From a virus, in IMG/VR virus record IMGVR_UViG_3300045988_158607: a stretch of 58,283 nt of DNA. One strand, given 5' to 3'. The first letter of the stretch is position 1. Every line of letters starts with the position of its first letter. Shown piece by piece: positions 1 through 8,275 of this stretch. The notes beneath the pieces are model-generated. The model was given only the letters and a program-made list of their open reading frames with translations. It was not told the DNA's origin and searched no databases. The position numbers were made by a program, and so were the translations under genes.

Positions 1-55
1 AAAAAAAAGTTCAACTTTTTACACAAAAATGCTTGACTTCATCCATTCATTATCG
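1..55. repeat. 55-bp terminal overlap; positions 1-55 are identical to 58229-58283, so the unit genome is 58,228 bp and circularly closed
   Basis: Read directly: aaaaaaaagttcaactttttacacaaaaatgcttgacttcatccattcattatcg is present at both window ends. Confidence 0.9.
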
Positions 56-61
56 TATAAT
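33..61 (+). promoter_or_regulatory. Class I (early) promoter copy 1: TTGACT-17 nt-TATAAT inside a ~52-75 bp conserved cassette
   Basis: ttgact at 33-38 and tataat at 56-61. The flanks gttcaacttttt.cacaaaa.tgc and ttcattatcg are shared with 4 other copies. Confidence 0.8.
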
Positions 62-104
62 GTACTTATAAATAATAAATAAGCCGAAAGGCGAGGAGGA
101 CAAT

Positions 105-812
105 ATGTCAAAAATCAAATTCAACGAGCTTAAAGAAGGAAGCATCATTCTAAGCAAGAAAACTTCAACTCAATTCGAAGTCGTTTCAATTCTAAAGGAC
201 GAGAAAAAAGCAGAGCTTAAATCTTTAGCTGACGGAGCAGTTACTACATTATCTGCCTCAACTATTGAGCGTTGGTACACAGCAGGAGAAAAAACTGAAC
301 CTGCTAAAAAAGAAGAATCTGCTAAACCTGCTAAAAAGGCTGCCCCTGCGGTTGCGCGACCTGCTCGAAAAGGAAGAGTCGTTCCAAAACCTAAAAAAGA
401 TGTCGTTAAGGAAGAAATTCCTGAAACTGATGAAAAGCCTGAAGAGGTTGGTTCTGTTAGTGAGAAGTCAAATGTTCGAAAACCTGCTCCTAAAAAAGAA
501 AACATTCTGGCAATCACTAAGACGCTTGAAAACAGAATTGTTGAAGCATTCCCAGCATGTACTCGAGTAGTAACTCAATCTTACATTGCTTACAAGGCTT
601 CTAAGAACTTCATTACAGTTGAAGAAACTCGAAAAGGTCTTTCAATTGGAATTCGAACAAAGGGCTTGACAGAAGACCAGAAAAAACTTCTTTCATTCAT
701 CGCGCCTGAAAAATACGGATGGGCAATTGACGGAACTTTCAAAATTGTTACAGAAGCTGACATTGATACAGCGATGGAACTCATTGAAGCTTCTCACCTT
801 TCATCACTATGA
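105..812 (+). CDS. Hypothetical early protein with a K/P/E-rich central linker and a C-terminal DUF5655-like domain (weak call)
   Basis: AGGAGG RBS 7 nt upstream of the ATG. First ORF after early promoter 1. The opposite and alternate-frame ORFs 170-517 and 265-570 are shadows. Confidence 0.7.
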   Translation: MSKIKFNELKEGSIILSKKTSTQFEVVSILKDEKKAELKSLADGAVTTLSASTIERWYTAGEKTEPAKKEESAKPAKKAAPAVARPARKGRVVPKPKKDVVKEEIPETDEKPEEVGSVSEKSNVRKPAPKKENILAITKTLENRIVEAFPACTRVVTQSYIAYKASKNFITVEETRKGLSIGIRTKGLTEDQKKLLSFIAPEKYGWAIDGTFKIVTEADIDTAMELIEASHLSSL

Positions 813-2500
813 TTGAATTAGTTATAGCACGGTCAAAAGCAAGACGTGGTCGAACTATATTTATCGAGACATGGGCAAGCACAGATGACGATGCAGTAAG
901 AATGGCAGAAAAAATATCTGGTCTGCCTAAGGTTGTTGAAACTTCTTCTAATAACTTTGAAATTCCTTATCGATATTTCAACAATGTTATTGACGCTCTT
1001 GACGAGTGGGAACTTCATATATTTGGAGAACTTGATAAAGAGGTTCAAGACTACATCAACTCTCGTAACCAAATCGCATCTTCAACTAGCGAACATTTCT
1101 CATTTAAGACAACTCCTTTCGAACATCAAATTCAATGTTTCGAGTACGCAAAAGACCATCCGTGCTTCCTTTTAGGCGACGAACAAGGTCTTGGAAAAAC
1201 CAAGCAGGCGATTGATATAGCAGTAAGTAGAAAATCTGCTTTCAAACATTGTCTAATCGTATGCTGCATATCTGGGCTGAAATGGAATTGGGCGAAAGAG
1301 GTAGGAATTCATTCAAATCAAAAAGCTCATATTTTAGGAAGTCGAGTTACTAAAGACGGAAAATTAGTGATTGACGGAGTTTCTAAAAGGGCTGAAGACC
1401 TTCTTTCAAACCATGAAGAATTCTTTCTTATTACGAATATCGAAACTCTTCGGGACGCAGTTTTTATCAAGTATCTAAACGAGCTGACAAAGAGCGGAGA
1501 AATTGGGATGGTTATAATTGATGAGATTCATAAATGTAAGAATCCGTCAAGTAAGCAAGGAGCTTCAATTCAAAAGCTTCAAAGCTACTACAAGATGGGG
1601 TTGACAGGAACTCCGTTAATGAATAATCCTATCGATGTTTTCAATGTTATGAAATGGCTAGGAGCCGAACATCATACTTTGACCCAATTCAAAGAGCGCT
1701 ACTGCATTGTCGACTCGTTTAAGCAGATAACAGGATACCGAAATTTAGCAGAGCTTCGTGACCTTGTCAACGATTACATGCTTAGAAGAACGAAGGATGA
1801 AGTTTTAGACCTTCCTGAAAAAATTCGAGTTACTGAATATGTTGATATGAATTCAAAGCAAGCTAAAATCTATAAAGAGGTTTTGACTAAACTTGTTCAA
1901 GATATTGACAAGGTCAAACTTATGCCAAATCCTCTAGCTGAAACAATTCGACTTCGACAAGCTACTGGAAATCCTTCAATTCTAACTACGCAGGAAATCA
2001 AGTCTTGCAAGTTTGAAAGATGTATCGAAATTGTCAACGAATGTATTGAACAAGGACGGTCTTGCGTAGTGTTTAGCAATTGGGAGAAGGTTATTGAGCC
2101 TCTTTTCAAGGAACTTTCGAAAGTTTCGAAATGCAACCTAGTTACGGGAGAGACGGCTGACAAGTTTAAAGAAATTGAAGACTTCATGAACTATTCTGGA
2201 GCCTCAGTTATTCTTGGAACTATTGGTGCGCTTGGAACTGGATTTACTTTGACAAAAGCCGATACAGTTATCTTTTTAGATAGCCCTTGGACAAGAGCTG
2301 AGAAAGACCAAGCAGAAGACAGGTGTCATCGTATAGGTGCTAAAAGTACGGTGACCATCTATACGCTCGTTGCAAAAGGAACCGTTGACGAACGTATAGA
2401 AGAACTAATTGAATCGAAGGGAGAGTTAGCAGACTATGTTGTTGATGGCAAGCCTATGAAATCTAAAATTTGCAACCTTTTCGACATACTGTTAAAATGA
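809..2500 (+). CDS. SNF2-family DNA helicase / ATPase
   Basis: Motif I DEQGLGKTKQAI, motif II DEIHKCKN, motif VI QAEDRCHRIGA. ATGA overlap with the upstream gene. Confidence 0.9.
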   Translation: MIELVIARSKARRGRTIFIETWASTDDDAVRMAEKISGLPKVVETSSNNFEIPYRYFNNVIDALDEWELHIFGELDKEVQDYINSRNQIASSTSEHFSFKTTPFEHQIQCFEYAKDHPCFLLGDEQGLGKTKQAIDIAVSRKSAFKHCLIVCCISGLKWNWAKEVGIHSNQKAHILGSRVTKDGKLVIDGVSKRAEDLLSNHEEFFLITNIETLRDAVFIKYLNELTKSGEIGMVIIDEIHKCKNPSSKQGASIQKLQSYYKMGLTGTPLMNNPIDVFNVMKWLGAEHHTLTQFKERYCIVDSFKQITGYRNLAELRDLVNDYMLRRTKDEVLDLPEKIRVTEYVDMNSKQAKIYKEVLTKLVQDIDKVKLMPNPLAETIRLRQATGNPSILTTQEIKSCKFERCIEIVNECIEQGRSCVVFSNWEKVIEPLFKELSKVSKCNLVTGETADKFKEIEDFMNYSGASVILGTIGALGTGFTLTKADTVIFLDSPWTRAEKDQAEDRCHRIGAKSTVTIYTLVAKGTVDERIEELIESKGELADYVVDGKPMKSKICNLFDILLK

Positions 2501-2501
2501 T

Positions 2502-2732
2502 ATGAAAACTCGTTCAATTTTAAGAAAAGATACAAAAATGAAGCCTGACCGGAGAGGGAGAAGAACAGCGCTTGAAATAGTTCAAGAGCTGAGCATGTCA
2601 GCCAAAGAGCTTGCAAATGTTCTTCAAATTCCAGAAAGGACGGCGACCAGAATTTTACAATTCGATAAGCTGCTAACCAAAGAGCAGTGCAAAAAAGTAG
2701 AAAGGTATTTAGATGAAATTCGCAGAAGATAA
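2502..2732 (+). CDS. Small basic protein, possibly an HTH DNA-binding protein
   Basis: ORF with the HTH-like segment SAKELANVLQIPERTATRIL. Start uncertain (M1 or M13). Confidence 0.5.
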   Translation: MKTRSILRKDTKMKPDRRGRRTALEIVQELSMSAKELANVLQIPERTATRILQFDKLLTKEQCKKVERYLDEIRRR

Positions 2733-3054
2733 AAATTGGTACAAAGTAGGAGAGGTCTGCCAAATGTTGAACCGCTCTCTTTCTACTTTGAATGTATGGT
2801 ACGAGGCAGAGCAGTACGCAGCGGAGAACAATATTCATTTTCCTTTTGTGTTGCCAGAACCTCGAACTGACCTAGACAATCGAGGCTCACGTTTTTGGGA
2901 CGATGAGGGAGTTAATAAGTTGAAACGATTTAGAGACAACCTAATGCGCGGAGACTTGGCGTTCTATACTCGAACTCTTGTAAACAAAACCGAAAAGGAC
3001 TTGATAAGAGACGACGCAAAAGCATTCAAAGCAGAGCACGGATTGGAGGATTAA
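2713..3054 (+). CDS. Hypothetical protein with an N-terminal MerR-like HTH (weak)
   Basis: WYKVGEVCQMLNRSLSTLNVW resembles a MerR-type HTH. Overlaps the upstream ORF by 20 nt. Confidence 0.55.
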   Translation: MKFAEDKNWYKVGEVCQMLNRSLSTLNVWYEAEQYAAENNIHFPFVLPEPRTDLDNRGSRFWDDEGVNKLKRFRDNLMRGDLAFYTRTLVNKTEKDLIRDDAKAFKAEHGLED

Positions 3055-3474
3055 ATGAAATTTGAAAATGAGAAACAGTTTATTCAAGCCATTGAGGAAG
3101 CCGGTGAACTCAATGCGACTAAGGGCGACATGGAGAAACAGGTTAAAAGTCTTCGTGACGCTCTAAAAGAGTACATGAAAGAAAACGACATTGAGTCTGC
3201 TCAAGGTAAGCACTTCTCGGCTACGTTCTATCAAACAGAGCGCTCAACTATGAATGAGGAGCTTTTGAAACAAATTATTGAACAATTAGTTGATGAAGCT
3301 GAAACTGAAGAGATGTGTGAAAAACTTTCAGGTCTTATCGAATATAAGCCCGTCATAAATACGAAGCTTCTTGAAGACATGATTTATCACGGTGAAATTG
3401 ACCAAGAAAAAATCCTTCCTGCAGTCATTGTTTCTGTTACGGAGGGCATCCGTTTTGGAAAGGCTAAAATTTAG
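3055..3474 (+). CDS. Hypothetical acidic coiled-coil protein (possibly Siphovirus Gp157-like)
   Basis: ATG follows the upstream stop directly (TAAATG). 139 aa with consistent codon usage. Confidence 0.6.
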   Translation: MKFENEKQFIQAIEEAGELNATKGDMEKQVKSLRDALKEYMKENDIESAQGKHFSATFYQTERSTMNEELLKQIIEQLVDEAETEEMCEKLSGLIEYKPVINTKLLEDMIYHGEIDQEKILPAVIVSVTEGIRFGKAKI

Positions 3475-3567
3475 CCCTCTCTTACGCTCTCCTCCGTTTT
3501 AAAGACCGGAGGCATAGTATAAGACCACCAACGCAGGCAAACGCTGTCTGCGTTAATTTTAAGGGCT
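3473..3567 (+). other. Structured intergenic RNA/DNA element: two stem-loops enclosed by a 6-bp closing helix
   Basis: agccct 3473-3478 pairs with agggct 3562-3567. Hairpin 1: cctccg 3491-3496 / cggagg 3507-3512. Hairpin 2: aacgcag 3530-3536 / ctgcgtt 3548-3554, then aatttt. Confidence 0.5.
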
Positions 3568-3594
3568 TAAAATTATACGATAAGGAGGCAATAA

Positions 3595-4074
3595 GTGGCA
3601 AGACAGAGAATAGGCAGTTCTGGTAGACCTAAAAATCAGGTTGCTTTAACCTTTAAAGAGAGACCAAAGACTCGTTCTACTCTATTTGGAAAAGATGTAA
3701 CAGCAGGTCTTTCAAAAGTTGAGCAGGACTATTTTCAAATAGTTGACGCACTTAATGGGAAGCCATTCGAACCTAACATGAAGCAAGTATCTTCATTCTT
3801 TATAGTTCAATATGAATTCAATTTCAACATTAAGTGCATTGATTATAATTGGTTCAACTTTTCAAGCACCATGAAAAAAGTTCAGGATTATTTGAATATT
3901 GAATCAAATCTCGAACTATGTCGGTTCTTGGCTGAAAGTTTTGTTAAGTATGAAAATGTTCGAAAAAGATTGAAGCTGACCGAAAAATTCATAACAGTTT
4001 CAACATTTAAAAGAGCTTGGATTTTAGATGAACTTGAAGGAAAATCGGGTCAAAAATTCGAAGGTTTCTACTAA
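3595..4074 (+). CDS. Hypothetical protein
   Basis: GTG start 7 nt after an AAGGAGG RBS. 159 aa. Confidence 0.6.
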   Translation: MARQRIGSSGRPKNQVALTFKERPKTRSTLFGKDVTAGLSKVEQDYFQIVDALNGKPFEPNMKQVSSFFIVQYEFNFNIKCIDYNWFNFSSTMKKVQDYLNIESNLELCRFLAESFVKYENVRKRLKLTEKFITVSTFKRAWILDELEGKSGQKFEGFY

Positions 4075-4118
4075 TTTATAGACAATTTTTAGAGTTTTTA
4101 ATTTTTTTTGATTCTTGC

Positions 4119-4148
4119 TTAACAAAATGGGCTGAACTCGTGTATAAT
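4119..4148 (+). promoter_or_regulatory. Class II promoter: TTAACA-18 nt-(GTG)TATAAT
   Basis: ttaaca 4119-4124, cgtgtataat ending at 4148. Same architecture at 5 other sites. Confidence 0.65.
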
Positions 4149-4238
4149 CTAGTATCTTGATTCTCGCAGCCAGATATAAGAGACATAACTGAACTCTTCA
4201 GGTTTAAAGATTTATCTAAATGAATAAAGGAGAAAAAG

Positions 4239-4883
4239 TTGAATAATTTAGCTGACCGAATATGGAAGAAAAAGTTGAATGAGCTTTTCGAAAAAAGTGG
4301 TCTTCCTAAAAAATACTTCGAGCCTCAAATATTAGTTGAGCGAGAAGCTGACCGAGAATGTTGGGAATGGCTTGAAGATGTTCGAGCCAATATAGTTGAA
4401 GAAGTTCGAAATGGCTTGAGTATTGTCATTGCTTCAACTACCGTGGGGAATGGAAAAACGAGTTGGGCAGTTAGGCTGCTTCAACGTTATTTAGCAGAGA
4501 CGGCACTTGATGGCAGAATTGTTGAAAAGGGAATGTTTGTAGTCTCAGCTCAACTGTTGACTGAGTTTGGAGATTATAATTATTTTCAAACAATGCAAGA
4601 ATTTCTTGAACGTTTCGAGCGTCTCAAAACTTGCGAAATTTTAGTTATAGATGAAATAGGAGGAGGCTCCTTAACAAAGGCTTCATATCCCTATCTATAT
4701 GACCTAGTTAATTATCGGGTCGATAATAATTTGTCGACTATATATACGACCAATTATACGGACGATGAAATTATTGAACTACTAGGGCAAAGACTATATA
4801 GTAGAATTTATGATACTTCAGTAGTGCTAGATTTCGAAGCTAGCAACGTAAGAGGATTGGAGGCGAGTGAAATTGAATCATAG
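4239..4883 (+). CDS. DnaC/IstB-like AAA+ helicase loader
   Basis: Walker A STTVGNGKTSWA, Walker B ILVIDEIG. TTG start after an AAGGAG RBS. Lies upstream of the DnaB-like helicase. Confidence 0.75.
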   Translation: MNNLADRIWKKKLNELFEKSGLPKKYFEPQILVEREADRECWEWLEDVRANIVEEVRNGLSIVIASTTVGNGKTSWAVRLLQRYLAETALDGRIVEKGMFVVSAQLLTEFGDYNYFQTMQEFLERFERLKTCEILVIDEIGGGSLTKASYPYLYDLVNYRVDNNLSTIYTTNYTDDEIIELLGQRLYSRIYDTSVVLDFEASNVRGLEASEIES

Positions 4884-5148
4884 ATATAGTGGAGTTACGA
4901 ATGTTCTTCTTTGGTGCGTTCTTTTTCTATGTATTTGCTGCATGGGCGCATATTGTGTAGGACGACATGACGAACGCAAAGAACAAAATGAGATAATTGA
5001 AAGTTATAAGCAGAAGCAGAAATCTGCAATTTATCTAACTGTTGACAGTTCAGGCGCTTGGCTAGGCAGCGCACCTGGAGTCAAAGAGAGCCCTCTTTAC
5101 AATGAAAAAGGGCAGCATGTTGGGAAGTTGAAAGAGGTGAGCGAGTGA
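4867..5148 (+). CDS. Small membrane protein (one N-terminal TM segment)
   Basis: GTG start. Hydrophobic segment VLLWCVLFLCICCMGAYCV. Wedged between the loader and the helicase. Confidence 0.5.
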   Translation: MKLNHRYSGVTNVLLWCVLFLCICCMGAYCVGRHDERKEQNEIIESYKQKQKSAIYLTVDSSGAWLGSAPGVKESPLYNEKGQHVGKLKEVSE

Positions 5149-6476
5149 TACAGCTTCAGGTCTTAAATAAAGTTCTGGTCGATAAGAGCTTATCTATTTT
5201 AGAAAACAACGGGATTGACCAAGATTATTTCACCGACTATTTAGATGAGTATCGTTTTATTCAAAGCCATTTTTCTCAATATGGAAGAGTTCCTGATGAT
5301 GAAACAATTCTTGACCATTTTCCAGGATTTGAATTTTTCGAAATTGGCGAGACAGATGAGTATCTTATTGACAAGCTAAAAGAGGAGCATTTATATAATT
5401 CACTTGTCCCGATTTTAACCGAAGCAGCAGAAGATATTCAAATAGACAGCAACGTCGCCATCGCTAATATAATCCCGAAACTTGAAGAACTTTTCAATCG
5501 TTCCAAATTTGTAGGCGGATTAGATATTGCCCGAAATGCAAACCTTCGACTAGATTGGGCAACCAGTATTAGAAGCCATGACGGAGAGCGACTTGGAATA
5601 TCTACAGGTTTCGAACTACTTGACGACGTTTTGGGAGGGTTGCTTCCAGGTGAAGACCTAGTGGTTATCATGGCTCGACCAGGACAGGGTAAATCTTGGA
5701 CAATTGATAAAATGCTTGCAACAGCTTGGAAGAATGGACACGATGTTCTTCTTTATAGTGGTGAGATGAGCGAAATGCAAGTTGGGGCTCGTATCGATAC
5801 AATTCTTTCTAATGTAAGTATCAATTCAATTACGAAGGGGATATGGAACGACCACCAATTCGAAAAATATGAAAATCATATTGAGGCAATGACCGAAGCG
5901 TCAAACTCACTTGTAGTAGTCACTCCCTTTATGATTGGAGGGAAAAACCTTACTCCCGCAATTTTGGACAGTATGATATCTAAATATCGACCGTCAGTGG
6001 TAGGAATTGACCAACTTTCATTGATGAGCGAGTCATATCCAAGCAGGGAGCAGAAGCGTATCCAGTACGCAAATATCACGATGGATTTATATAAGATTTC
6101 GGCTAAATATGGAATTCCTATTGTTCTCAATGTTCAGGCAGGACGTTCTGCTAAAACTGAGGGAGCTGAGCATTTGGAACTTGAACATATAGCTGAGAGT
6201 GATGGAGTTGGACAAAATGCCAGCAGGGTTATCGCAATGCGCAGGGATGAAAAATCTGGCATACTTGAATTATCTGTCGTGAAAAATCGGTACGGAGAAG
6301 ACAGAAAAATAATTGAGTATATGTGGGATGTTGAGACTGGAGAATATACTCTTATAGGATTTAAAGAAGAGGGCGACGATGGAGGAAATGAAAGTTCGCC
6401 TCTAAAAGCCAAAGCCTCAAGGTCGACATCTAAATTACGAAGTAAAGTGACAAGGGAAGGAGTTGAAGCATTTTGA
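5145..6476 (+). CDS. dnaB: DnaB-like replicative DNA helicase
   Basis: Walker A MARPGQGKSW, GIDQLSLM, and a RecA-like C-terminal domain. 443 aa. Confidence 0.9.
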   Translation: MIQLQVLNKVLVDKSLSILENNGIDQDYFTDYLDEYRFIQSHFSQYGRVPDDETILDHFPGFEFFEIGETDEYLIDKLKEEHLYNSLVPILTEAAEDIQIDSNVAIANIIPKLEELFNRSKFVGGLDIARNANLRLDWATSIRSHDGERLGISTGFELLDDVLGGLLPGEDLVVIMARPGQGKSWTIDKMLATAWKNGHDVLLYSGEMSEMQVGARIDTILSNVSINSITKGIWNDHQFEKYENHIEAMTEASNSLVVVTPFMIGGKNLTPAILDSMISKYRPSVVGIDQLSLMSESYPSREQKRIQYANITMDLYKISAKYGIPIVLNVQAGRSAKTEGAEHLELEHIAESDGVGQNASRVIAMRRDEKSGILELSVVKNRYGEDRKIIEYMWDVETGEYTLIGFKEEGDDGGNESSPLKAKASRSTSKLRSKVTREGVEAF

Positions 6477-7489
6477 TGAATGTAAATGGGCTTCAAATTG
6501 AAGCAACTCCTGAACAAATTATTGAAAAACTTTCAAGGCAGCTTGAAGACGAAGGAGTATTCATTTTTAGAAGAACTAAGTCACTTGGAAGCAACTATCA
6601 ATTTTCATGCCCATTTCACGCAGGAGGGGTCGAAAAACATCCCTCTTGCGGTATGAGCAGAAATCCTTCTTATTCAGGCAGTAAGGTAACGGAGGCAGGA
6701 ACTGTCCATTGCTTTACTTGTGGATATACTTCAGGTCTAACAGAATTTATCTCGAACGTGTTGGGCAGAAAGGACGGAGGATTTTACGGAAACCAGTGGT
6801 TGAAAAGAAACTTTGGAACAGCGAGCGAAGTAGTTAGGCAGGGAGTTAAGCCTGAAGCATTTCGTCGAAATGGTATTAAGCGAAAAGCTGAATATTCAAT
6901 TGTTACTGAAGAAGAACTTGATAAATATAGATTTATTCATCCTTATATGTATGAGCGGAAACTGACTGACGAGATAATTGAAATGTTCGATGTGGGATAT
7001 GATAAGCTTCATGACTGCATCACATTTCCAGTAAGGAACATGAGAGGGGAAACCATATTTTTCAACCGTCGAAGCGTAAGGTCGAAATTTCACCAATATG
7101 GAGAAGATGACCCAAAAACCGATTTCCTCTATGGTCAGTATGAGCTAGTAGCATATAGAGATTATTTTGAAAAACCTATCACTCAAGTCTTCGTTACTGA
7201 GTCTGTTATTAACTGCCTGACGTTATGGTCGATGAAAATTCCTGCAGTTGCCCTTATGGGTGTAGGAGGGGGAAATCAAATTAACTTGCTCAAACGGTTG
7301 CCATATAGAAATATCGTTCTAGCTCTTGACCCTGATAACGCAGGGCAAACAGCGCAGGAGAAACTCTATAAGCAGCTTAGACGAAACAAGGTTGTTCGAT
7401 TTCTAAACTATCCAAATGAGTTCTATGAAAATAAGTGGGACATAAACGACAGACCAGATTTGTTAGATTTTAATGATTTAGTGTTGTAG
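6473..7489 (+). CDS. DNA primase (CHC2 zinc finger + TOPRIM)
   Basis: CPFHAGGVEKHPSC...HCFTCG zinc motif. TOPRIM FVTESVINCL ... LALDPDNAGQ. Confidence 0.85.
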   Translation: MMNVNGLQIEATPEQIIEKLSRQLEDEGVFIFRRTKSLGSNYQFSCPFHAGGVEKHPSCGMSRNPSYSGSKVTEAGTVHCFTCGYTSGLTEFISNVLGRKDGGFYGNQWLKRNFGTASEVVRQGVKPEAFRRNGIKRKAEYSIVTEEELDKYRFIHPYMYERKLTDEIIEMFDVGYDKLHDCITFPVRNMRGETIFFNRRSVRSKFHQYGEDDPKTDFLYGQYELVAYRDYFEKPITQVFVTESVINCLTLWSMKIPAVALMGVGGGNQINLLKRLPYRNIVLALDPDNAGQTAQEKLYKQLRRNKVVRFLNYPNEFYENKWDINDRPDLLDFNDLVL

Positions 7490-7512
7490 AAATTTTTTCG
7501 TTATGGTATAAT
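7484..7512 (+). promoter_or_regulatory. Sigma-A-type promoter with an extended -10 (TTGTAG-17 nt-TGgTATAAT) upstream of the sigma-like gene
   Basis: ttgtag 7484-7489, tg at 7504-7505, tataat 7507-7512. Confidence 0.6.
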
Positions 7513-7546
7513 GAAGATATAAATAATTAAAAGAGGTCATATCAAT

Positions 7547-8161
7547 ATGAAAAGAGTTAATGCATTAGTTTCAAGCTATGTTGGAGCTGAAGTGTGGACA
7601 GATGAGCAATGTGTCGAAAATTATGAAGTCGACCCAGATATGTCAATCGCTTCTGCCTATCAACGATATTTTGGAATGCTTTATACATACGCAAGGCGCT
7701 TTAAATGCCTTTCGAAGCATGATATAGAAAGCATTGCATTTGAAACTATCTCTAAGTGCTTGGCAACGTTTAAATCGAATCAAGATGCAAAGTTTGCAAC
7801 CTATCTTACAAAATTATTCAAGAATAGAGTGCTTGTTGAATATAGATATCTAAATGCGCCATCAATGAATAGGAATTGGTATCTAGAAGTTATTTTCGAC
7901 AATGGTTCTGTTCGTGAAGGCGAAGACGATTTCAGTATTCTTTCAACAGTTGGCTATTGCGAAGACTACGGAAAGATTGAAATTGAAGCAAGTCTTGATT
8001 TCATGACGCTGTCTAATACAGAATATGCTTATGTTGCTTCAATTATCCAGAACGGACCTTTGGTGAGCGACGCAGAAATAGCGCGAGAAATTGGAGTGAG
8101 TAGAGCTGCTGTAAGTCAGTCTAAGAAAAAGCTAAAAAATAAATTAAAAGATTTTATATAA
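7547..8161 (+). CDS. Phage-encoded sigma-70-family (ECF-like) RNA polymerase sigma factor
   Basis: Region-2-like KFATYLTKLFKNRVLVEYR. Region-4 HTH SDAEIAREIGVSRAAVSQSKKKLKNKL. Confidence 0.7.
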   Translation: MKRVNALVSSYVGAEVWTDEQCVENYEVDPDMSIASAYQRYFGMLYTYARRFKCLSKHDIESIAFETISKCLATFKSNQDAKFATYLTKLFKNRVLVEYRYLNAPSMNRNWYLEVIFDNGSVREGEDDFSILSTVGYCEDYGKIEIEASLDFMTLSNTEYAYVASIIQNGPLVSDAEIAREIGVSRAAVSQSKKKLKNKLKDFI

Positions 8162-8165
8162 TTAG

Positions 8166-8195
8166 TTTACAACTTATATGAATTTCGTGTATATT
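8166..8195 (+). promoter_or_regulatory. Class II promoter: TTTACA-18 nt-(GTG)TATATT
   Basis: tttaca 8166-8171, tcgtgtatatt ending at 8195. Confidence 0.65.
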
Positions 8196-8275
8196 ATATT
8201 TGAAAGAACAAAAACTTGAAACCTTAAAAACTTCAAAATCTTTCAATCATTAAAAACTTATAAAGGAGAATTGAT
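8196..8275 (+). promoter_or_regulatory. A/U-rich ~80-nt leader of the SSB gene carrying 3 copies of AAAAACTT
   Basis: aaaaactt at 8210-8217, 8226-8233 and 8252-8259. AAGGAG RBS at 8263-8268. Confidence 0.5.

Noticed and set aside
170-570. Track ORFs 170-517 (-) and 265-570 (+) inside gene 105-812
   Set aside because: They are shadow ORFs created by the low-complexity K/P/E-coding stretch. They have no RBS and their amino-acid composition is implausible.
3473-3567. tRNA gene in the structured intergenic element
   Set aside because: The helix lengths and loops (6-bp closing stem, 10- and 11-nt loops, only two internal arms, no GTTC T-loop) do not fit a cloverleaf.
3571-3581. Reverse-complement match to the early-promoter -10 context (TATCGTATAAT on the minus strand)
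   Set aside because: There is no TTGACT-like -35 at the proper spacing on the minus strand (the position reads tgccac). The match overlaps the RBS region of gene 3595 and is likely chance.
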